A stretch of 62,737 nucleotides of DNA from an uncultured bacterium (GTDB lineage: Bacteria > Patescibacteriota > Minisyncoccia > Phycocordibacterales > DATDWN01), in contig CAVSGX010000008.1 in NCBI GenBank assembly GCA_963727715.1, positions 1 through 62,737 of the forward strand, read 5' to 3'. Shown piece after piece: positions 56,090 to 62,737 of this stretch (positions are counted from its first letter, which is position 1; each line of letters begins with the position of its first letter). The notes below the pieces were generated by a model, which saw only the letters and a program-made list of their open reading frames with translations, was not told the DNA's origin and ran no database searches. Made by a program: the position numbers and the translations under genes.

Positions 56090-56944
56090 ATGAAAATTGA
56101 AAATTTGCCGAAAAATAAATTCCCAGAATTGCTTTTGCAAATCCCCGACCCGCCGGAAAGTTTGCGCATCGTCGGAGAACTTCCGCAGACGGAAAAATAT
56201 TTGTGCGTTGTCGGTTCGCGCAAGTACAGCCAGTACGGCAAGGAAGTTTGCGAGCATTTGCTTGCCGGCCTGAGCGGATATTCTATTACCATTGTTTCCG
56301 GGCTGGCGCTCGGCATGGACTCTATCGCCCACCGCGCCGCCCTGCGTGCCGGCCTGCCCACTGTGGCCGTGCCGGGGTCGGGCCTCTCCGAAAAAGTTTT
56401 GTACCCGGCCGCCCATCGCAGATTGGCCGAAGAAATCGTGGAATCCGGCGGGGCGCTTTTGTCAGAATTCGCTGATGATTTCCGAGCGCGACCGGAAAGT
56501 TTTCCGCAACGCAATCGCGTCATGGCCGGAATGTGCCAAGCTACGCTGGTCGTGGAAGCCGAATTGAAATCCGGCACTCTCATCACTTCCAAGTACGCCA
56601 TTGAATACAACCGCGATGTTTTCACTGTGCCACATTCCATTTTCAGCAAAACCGGCGAGGGGCCGCACATGCTTTTGCGACTCGGCGCCACGCCCATCAC
56701 ACAGGCGAGCGACATCGTCACGGCCCTCGGTCTGCGACCGCGCGAAGAACTTTTTTCCGTTCGTGATTACTCCGGTTGCTCAACAGACGAAAAAGAAGTT
56801 ATTGAAATTTTGCGCGAGCCCATGTCGCGCGACCAAATCATTCGCCTCTTGGACAAGCCAGTTTATGTCACGCAAACTATTTTAGCGGCCATGGAAATCA
56901 AAGGTCTCATCCGCGAAGAAATGGGAGAGATACATTTGGTGTAA
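56090..56944 (+). CDS. dprA: DNA-processing protein DprA (Smf)
   Basis: 284 aa from the ATG at 56090 (the ORF is open from 56072); VGSRKYSQYG, GLALGMDSIAHRAAL, FPQRNRVMAG motifs; C-terminal winged-helix. Confidence 0.9.
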   Translation: MKIENLPKNKFPELLLQIPDPPESLRIVGELPQTEKYLCVVGSRKYSQYGKEVCEHLLAGLSGYSITIVSGLALGMDSIAHRAALRAGLPTVAVPGSGLSEKVLYPAAHRRLAEEIVESGGALLSEFADDFRARPESFPQRNRVMAGMCQATLVVEAELKSGTLITSKYAIEYNRDVFTVPHSIFSKTGEGPHMLLRLGATPITQASDIVTALGLRPREELFSVRDYSGCSTDEKEVIEILREPMSRDQIIRLLDKPVYVTQTILAAMEIKGLIREEMGEIHLV

Positions 56945-57025
56945 AAGGAGTTTCCCCCAAACCTCACATATATTTGACAATCTTGTCTATATGTGTATAA
57001 TGTCTTGTCGGAAGGAAAAATCCAA

Positions 57026-57466
57026 ATGCTTGACATATCAGCCCCTAGTTTCTTTTTGATTTTATTTGGTTTTGTTGGTATTTGTTCGGTTGGACCTTGT
57101 TTTCAGCTATTTTTTAGCAAGGTTGAAAAAAATGAAAGTGAAGCTCTTGGTGCCTTTTTTCTCTTCTTCATCATCCTTTTGCTTTCAATTTTTCTCTACC
57201 CCATAGGAATAAGTGAAATCACGAGAGGTCTTCCGAGAGAAGAGTCTCTCATCGATTCAAATGGTTTTTACCAGACTCTTGGCCAACCGTATTGCTGGTC
57301 CGAAAGTGGCGAAAGTAAATGTCTGGTAATCTTGCAAAAATCCGATATGAATACGAAGTTGTTCTTGGTTGAAGGTAAAAAGTCAACCGACTTCCCAAAG
57401 TTTTTCATCTGGCGCAAAGATGCTAGTGGAAAGACTACGGCTGAAAAGTACGGTCGACAAGATTAG
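57026..57466 (+). CDS. hypothetical membrane protein
   Basis: 146 aa from the ATG at 57026 with a GGAAGGA SD; two TM helices. Confidence 0.5.
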   Translation: MLDISAPSFFLILFGFVGICSVGPCFQLFFSKVEKNESEALGAFFLFFIILLLSIFLYPIGISEITRGLPREESLIDSNGFYQTLGQPYCWSESGESKCLVILQKSDMNTKLFLVEGKKSTDFPKFFIWRKDASGKTTAEKYGRQD

Positions 57467-57478
57467 TTGTTTGATAAA

Positions 57479-57509
57479 CGCTCGCCGTAATTGGCGAGTG
57501 TTATTTTTT
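57479..57509 (+). terminator. rho-independent terminator
   Basis: CGCTCGCC-GTAATT-GGCGAGTG then TTATTTTTT. Confidence 0.65.
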
Positions 57510-57550
57510 AAAATTTGCAAAAAAAATTTTTTCGGGTAATAATGGACAGA

Positions 57551-59815
57551 ATGAAATTACTTATTGTTGAATCGCCGGCCAAAGCCAAAACCATTTCCAA
57601 ATATTTGGACGGCAAATATAAAGTGGTGGCATCTGTCGGACATATTCGCGACTTGCCCAAGTCAAACGTCAAAGCCATTGATATCGCTGGCGGTTTTGTC
57701 CCGCACTACGAAATTTCCAAAGGCAAGGAAAGGGTGGTGGCTGAAATAAGAAGTCTGGCCGAAAAAGCCGACGAGGTATTGCTAGCCACAGACCCAGATC
57801 GCGAAGGCGAGGCTATCGCTTGGCACATTGAGGAGTTGGTCAGGGGAGATTTTCCAAAATCCAAAAGCAAAAAATCTAGAGCCGACGACAAAATAAAACG
57901 GGTCAGCTATAACGAAATCACCAAGGAAGCCATTGAAGAAGCGCTTCTGCACCCGCGCGAGATTGATCAAAATTTGCGCAAAGCTCAAGAAGCTAGGCGT
58001 GTTTTGGACAGATTAGTCGGTTACGATTTGTCCGGACTGATTTGGAAAAAAGTGCGCTACGGACTCTCGGCCGGCCGTGTCCAATCGCCGGCTTTGCGCA
58101 TTATAATGGAACGTGAGCGTGAGATTCGCGCTTTCAAATCGCACACTTTTTGGATTGTCTCGGCCGATGTCAAAAATGCTGGAGAAAAACCTTTCGTCAT
58201 TTTTTGCGAAAAAGAACTGAAAGATAAAAAAGAAATGGAAAGAATTGTGGCTGTGGCCGAAAAAGGAAGAAAAGAAAATAATTGGAAAGTGGTTGATATC
58301 AAAGAAACTCAAGTCAAAAAATCCCCTCGCCCGCCGTTTATCACTTCCACTCTGCAACAAACAGCCAGCTCGCGACTGGGCTTTGCCCCTTCACGCACGA
58401 TGGGCGTGGCCCAGAGACTCTACGAAGCCGGTCTCATCACTTACATGCGCACTGATTCCACCACCCTGTCCAAACTGGCTCTCGGCCAGATCGCCGGCGC
58501 GATTGAGAAAAAATTTGGCAAAGAATATTTGCAGTGGAGACACTACGCCACCAAAAGCAAAAACGCGCAGGAAGCGCACGAGGCCATTCGCCCGACTCAC
58601 ATGTCCGTGGAAGTGGCCGGTCACACGGACGAGCAGAAAAAACTTTACTCACTCATCTGGCGCCGCGCTCTCTCGTCGCAGATGAAAGACGCTCAAGTCT
58701 TGCGCACGAAAATCACCGCCAATGTTTCGGCCAAAACTGAATCCCCAGAGATTCCAGATTTTTCCGCCACAGGCTCGCGCACTGTGTTTGACGGCTGGCT
58801 TTTGGGCGATCCACAATCAAGTGGCGAAGATGTGGAGTTGCCAAAAGTTTCTGTCGGCCAGAAATTGCTGATTGAAAAAATAAACACCGAAGAAAAACAA
58901 ACCGAACCGCCGGCCAGATATTCCGAGGCCGGACTGGTCAAGGAATTGGAAAAACGCGGCATCGGCAGACCATCAACCTACGCCAGTATTATCAAAACCA
59001 TTGAGGATCGCGGTTATGTGGAGAAATATCCGCCACCGCGTGGCACGGCCCTCAAGCCGACCGATACCGGAGATGTTGTTTCGTCATTTTTGGAAAAATA
59101 TTTCAGCGGTTACATCAGCGACGATTTTACCGCTGATATGGAAAACAAGCTAGACGATATCGCCGAAGGCAAAGAGGATTACGCCAAAATGCTTGGCCGG
59201 TTTTACAAGCCGTTTTTGGCTGATGTCAAAAGTAAAGAAAAAATGGACAAGGTGACAAACCTCGGCGACGCGGATGTTAAATTCAAATGTCCAGTTTGTG
59301 GCAGTTCGATGATTGTTAAGCTCAGTCGCACCGGCAAATTCTTGTCTTGCTCGCGTTATCCCGACTGCGACGGAGCTCTGACTATAGACGGCGAGGAAAT
59401 AAAAAAAGAAGCGCCGATCGGCACAGATCCGGAAAGCGGTTTGCCGATTTTTGTCATGATTGGAAAATACGGCCCTTATGTCCAGCTCGGTCAAAGAGCC
59501 AAAGGCAGAGGCTCGAGCAAAGCAGCCAAGCCAAAAATGGTCAGCATCCCGAAAGGTAAAGATTTGAACTCCATCACTTTAAACGATGCTTTGAAATATT
59601 TGTCTCTGCCGAGAGTTTTAGGCGAGCACCCGGCGACGCGCGAAAAAATTTCGGCCAACGTCGGTAGATTCGGCCCGTACATCGTCCACCAAAAAGATTT
59701 TCGTTCGCTAAAATCTCCGGATGACGTCTACACCGTCACACTAGAGCGTGCTCTTGAAATTTTAGCCGAAGAGAAAAAGGTGAGACGTGGCAGATTTGCA
59801 AGGAAAAAGAAATAG
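57551..59815 (+). CDS. topA: DNA topoisomerase I
   Basis: 754 aa from the ATG at 57551 (MKLLIVESPAKAKTI); Toprim DPDREGE, active-site region YMRTDS, C-terminal zinc ribbon CPVCGS...CSRYPDC. Confidence 0.95.
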   Translation: MKLLIVESPAKAKTISKYLDGKYKVVASVGHIRDLPKSNVKAIDIAGGFVPHYEISKGKERVVAEIRSLAEKADEVLLATDPDREGEAIAWHIEELVRGDFPKSKSKKSRADDKIKRVSYNEITKEAIEEALLHPREIDQNLRKAQEARRVLDRLVGYDLSGLIWKKVRYGLSAGRVQSPALRIIMEREREIRAFKSHTFWIVSADVKNAGEKPFVIFCEKELKDKKEMERIVAVAEKGRKENNWKVVDIKETQVKKSPRPPFITSTLQQTASSRLGFAPSRTMGVAQRLYEAGLITYMRTDSTTLSKLALGQIAGAIEKKFGKEYLQWRHYATKSKNAQEAHEAIRPTHMSVEVAGHTDEQKKLYSLIWRRALSSQMKDAQVLRTKITANVSAKTESPEIPDFSATGSRTVFDGWLLGDPQSSGEDVELPKVSVGQKLLIEKINTEEKQTEPPARYSEAGLVKELEKRGIGRPSTYASIIKTIEDRGYVEKYPPPRGTALKPTDTGDVVSSFLEKYFSGYISDDFTADMENKLDDIAEGKEDYAKMLGRFYKPFLADVKSKEKMDKVTNLGDADVKFKCPVCGSSMIVKLSRTGKFLSCSRYPDCDGALTIDGEEIKKEAPIGTDPESGLPIFVMIGKYGPYVQLGQRAKGRGSSKAAKPKMVSIPKGKDLNSITLNDALKYLSLPRVLGEHPATREKISANVGRFGPYIVHQKDFRSLKSPDDVYTVTLERALEILAEEKKVRRGRFARKKK

Positions 59816-59842
59816 TGATAGTGTTTTGTTCGGAGGTCCCAG

Positions 59843-60061
59843 ATGAAAAAAACTGTTATATTGTGGCACCTTTTTGCTGAGAATTATAGCAGAAGTAACT
59901 ATATATCAGCTATTGTAACTGAATTTGATGGTACCGATACAAACCTCTTGAATGCTTATTTGGAGACACAGAAAAAAAGATTCATCGGAAGCAAAGTCAA
60001 ACGCGAAGATAATTTTTGGGATGTTGTGGAAGCTATACCTGTACATTTTCAAATCATTTGA
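59843..60061 (+). CDS. hypothetical small protein
   Basis: 72-aa ORF with GGAGG upstream and a terminator downstream. Confidence 0.5.
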   Translation: MKKTVILWHLFAENYSRSNYISAIVTEFDGTDTNLLNAYLETQKKRFIGSKVKREDNFWDVVEAIPVHFQII

Positions 60062-60072
60062 AACAAGCCACT

Positions 60073-60106
60073 AAGCCTTGGCATTCATGTCAGGCTTTTC
60101 TTTTTA
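60073..60106 (+). terminator. rho-independent terminator
   Basis: AAGCCT...AGGCTT hairpin then TTCTTTTTATTTT. Confidence 0.55.
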
Positions 60107-60122
60107 TTTTGCAAAAAACAAC

Positions 60123-60325
60123 AAAGCCTAGCGGTTGCATTTTCCGAGACTGCGGAGGCAATTAGAAAACAACAACGAAGACGGAGTTGGCGCGAAGCAG
60201 TGTTTGAGCGTAGCGAGTTTGCGAAAGCGCCACGAGTCGAGGACGATTGTTTTCTTGATTGCCGAGCGAGAGCAAAATCGCACCAGCGATTTATGCGTGC
60301 TCGAAAAATGCAACTGCTAGGCTTT
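60123..60325 (+). repeat. structured intergenic element, copy E (long subtype)
   Basis: 26-bp arms 60123..60148 and 60300..60325 (two non-Watson-Crick positions) enclose a core near-identical to copy A. Confidence 0.9.
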
Positions 60326-60356
60326 TCTTTTTGCTAAAAATCACTACACTATAAGT

Positions 60357-61858
60357 ATGCCAGACATCAAAGAAATCACTTCCCTTCTTTCAAATCCCAG
60401 CCAGGATGATTTGACCTTGATTCAAAAGGCTTACGCTTTCGCCGTGCGCGCTCACGAGAGACAAAAAAGAATGTACGGCGAACCGTATTTCATTCACCCT
60501 TTCGCCACGGGGAAAAACTTGGCCGAGCTCGGTATGTCCGCCACGACCATTTCAGCCGGCCTTTTGCATGACACGTTGGAAGACACTTCCGTCACAGCCG
60601 AAGAACTGGAAAAAAATTTTGGAAAGGAGATTCTTTTCTTGGTGGAAGGTGTGACCAAACTCGGCCAAATAAAATATCGTGGAATGACCCGCCACACCGA
60701 GAGTTTGCGAAAACTTTTTGTGGCTATGTCGCAAGATATTCGCGTACTCATCATCAAACTTTGCGACCGCCTGCACAATATGCAAACTTTGCAATTCGTG
60801 CCGAAGGAAAAACAGTTACGCATCGCCACTGAGACTCTGGAAATTTACGCACCACTGGCTTATCGCCTCGGCATCAGAAAAGTCCAACGATCTTTGGAAG
60901 ACATTGCATTTTCATATGTCTATCCGAAAGAATTTGAAGAAACAAACAAACTGTTGAAAATAAAATTAGACGAAAGCGAGGAATCTTTGCAAAAATTTCA
61001 AAAATCGCTAAAAAAAGAGTTGGCCAAAAATAATATTCTTCACTTTCAAACGGATTATCGGGTCAAGGGTTTGTATTCGCTGTATAAAAAACTGAAGCGC
61101 AATGATATGGATATTGAAAAAATCTACGACATATCGGCAGTGCGAGTCATAGTGCCGACAGTTGAGGAATGTTACAAAGTTCTCGGCATAATCCACAGCA
61201 ACTGGAAACCTCTGACCGGCCGGATCAAGGATTATATTTCCACTCCGAAACCGAATGGTTACCAATCGCTTCATACCACTATTTTTTCCGGCGACGGAAA
61301 TATTATTGAAGTCCAAATACGCACCGAAGAAATGCATCGCGAAGCGGAATACGGCATTACTTCGCATATTCTGTACAAACATTCTCAAGAAGAAACCAAA
61401 AAAAGAGACGACTCTTCCGGTTTTTCATGGATTAAAAATATTATATTGACCGACGATGAAAAAAACTAAAGATACCGATTTTAAAGATGTCCCGAAATGG
61501 ATTAAAGAGCTCGTGGAATATCAGAAAAAAAATAATGACAAAGAATTTCTGAAGGATATGAAAACGGATTTTTTGGAGGAGCGGATTTTTGTTTTCACCC
61601 CAAAGGGCGATGTTATTGATCTGCCGATAGGTTCGTCGGCTGTTGACTTTGCTTACAGCATTCACTCGGACATCGGCGCCATATGTCCGGAGTGCAGTAA
61701 ACGGCAAATTTATGGCCCTCGACACCGAATTGCAATCCGGCGACTTCGTGGAAATCGAAACCAAAAAAACGGCTAAAGCTAGCCGTAAATGGCTGGAATT
61801 TTGCAAAACGACACTGGCCAAAAGGCACATCCGCAACTTTTTGGAGAAGAAAAAATAA
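60357..61858 (+). CDS. RelA/SpoT-family (p)ppGpp synthetase/hydrolase with a TGS domain, two frame breaks in this assembly
   Basis: HD domain (HDTLEDT), synthetase domain (RVKGLYSLYKK, YQSLHTT, EVQIRT), TGS (FVFTPKGDVIDLP...NGKFMAL); breaks at the A7 run 61459..61465 and at CCGG 61687..61690. Confidence 0.8.
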
Positions 61859-61871
61859 GATTATTCTTGTG

Positions 61872-61990
61872 TTCCGAGAAAGGCCTTTCGCAAGAGCTCA
61901 GAAAACAACCACGGTAATCTGTGGATTGTTTTCTTGAGCGACGAGAAGTTCGCTGGCAGAGCTTTGCCAGACAGATTGCCTTTCGAGGAA
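61872..61990 (+). repeat. structured intergenic element, copy F (short subtype)
   Basis: The core aligns with copy B over its whole length; imperfect outer pairing TTCCGAGAAAGG with CCTTTCGAGGAA. Confidence 0.85.
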
Positions 61991-62737
61991 TTCAAGTACA
62001 AGTTTTATTTTACAGTAAATACTAAAATTTTTGATGGAGTAAAGATCGTCGTCTGTGTTGTCGGCCTGTTTGATTTCTTCCGGCGCGCGACTTTCATCTT
62101 CAACAATAACTTCGCCGACAGAATTTTCGGCCAGTTTTTCACCCAAGTCTGGTGTTTCAATGACCGGATTTTTCTGGTTGTTTTTTATCAGTCCTAAAAT
62201 ATTTTTCAAATCCTCGTCCGAGAAAAAATCAATGGTAATCTTTCCGCCGTTTTTACGTTTTTTTCAATCATAACCCTCGTGCCGAGCGATTCAGTCAAAG
62301 CTTCTTCCAACTCTTGTGTTTCTGGATCAAGCAACGCGTCTTTTTTGCGAGCTCTTTCGTAGGCGATGCGACGGGCAATGGCTTCAGCTTCGCGCACGGT
62401 CAATTTTTTAAACATTATTTCTTTGAATAAAGTGTTCTGTTCCTCCGGTCGGCTGGACAGAGCCAAAAGTGGACGGAGGTTGACCCTCAAAAATTTTGCC
62501 GGTGGAAATAGCATCCAGAATTTCTGTCGGCAAATCCAAAATGCGCAAGGTGTTGGTTATATAAACACGACTCTTGCCGATCTTTTGAGCGATGTCGGCG
62601 TGCTTGAAACTGAATTCATTGACCAAACGATCAAAAGCCCGAGCTCGGTCAACAGGATTTAAATCTTCGCGCTGAACATTTTCAATCAGAGCCAATTCCA
62701 ACTTCATCAAATCATTGCCTTCCACATCATCGCCGAC
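61898..62737 (-). CDS. parB: chromosome partitioning protein ParB (5' end beyond the window), two frame breaks in this assembly
   Basis: ALIENVQREDLNPVDRARAF, HTH KIGKSRVYITNTLRIL, then RPLLALSSRPEEQ and GGKITIDFFSDEDLKNILGLI in other frames; breaks near 62475..62485 and at the run 62250..62254. Confidence 0.8.

Noticed and set aside
56077-56721. 214-aa minus-strand ORF, plus several 60-150-aa ORFs in 55955..56885
   Set aside because: They are antisense shadows of the GC-rich dprA gene.

Overview
AT-leaning bacterial chromosome segment with locally GC-richer patches. Gene content and style suggest a small-genome Patescibacteria/CPR-type organism (inference only). The backbone is compact housekeeping: a minimal dcw block (mraZ-rsmH-ftsL-like-ftsI-murF-like), a single-chain PheRS, trxB, lysS, greA, eno, xseAB, smpB plus tmRNA, infC-rpmI-rplT, ndk-map-adk, rarA, dnaX, dprA, topA, a relA/spoT-like gene and parB. 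There are also many small membrane or secreted proteins and two tRNAs (Glu-CUC, Gln-UUG). I saw no rRNA and no CRISPR array. The accessory layer has five IS30-family insertions of three lineages, one present in three near-identical 1000-bp copies. It also has a decayed serine-recombinase island beside tRNA-Gln that carries a membrane-anchored protein with 46 Cys in 207 aa, and an ApbE/FMN-binding/RnfD-FNR flavinylation module. The most unusual signal is non-coding. A six-copy intergenic element has a conserved core whose internal helices change sequence but keep pairing between copies. Each copy sits in the centre of a locus-specific long inverted repeat, with arms of exactly 26 bp in three copies. 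I could not assign it to any known RNA or MITE class. Other points: three orphan structured-RNA candidates, a cluster of three perfect DnaA boxes beside phased MraZ-type boxes, two unrelated ORFs sharing a structured 3' module next to IS copies, and C55 in the T-loop of both tRNAs. At least nine single-base frameshifts at short homopolymers interrupt otherwise conserved genes. These may be assembly indels, so every pseudogene call here is provisional. All coordinates come from manual reading, and no database search or folding program was run.
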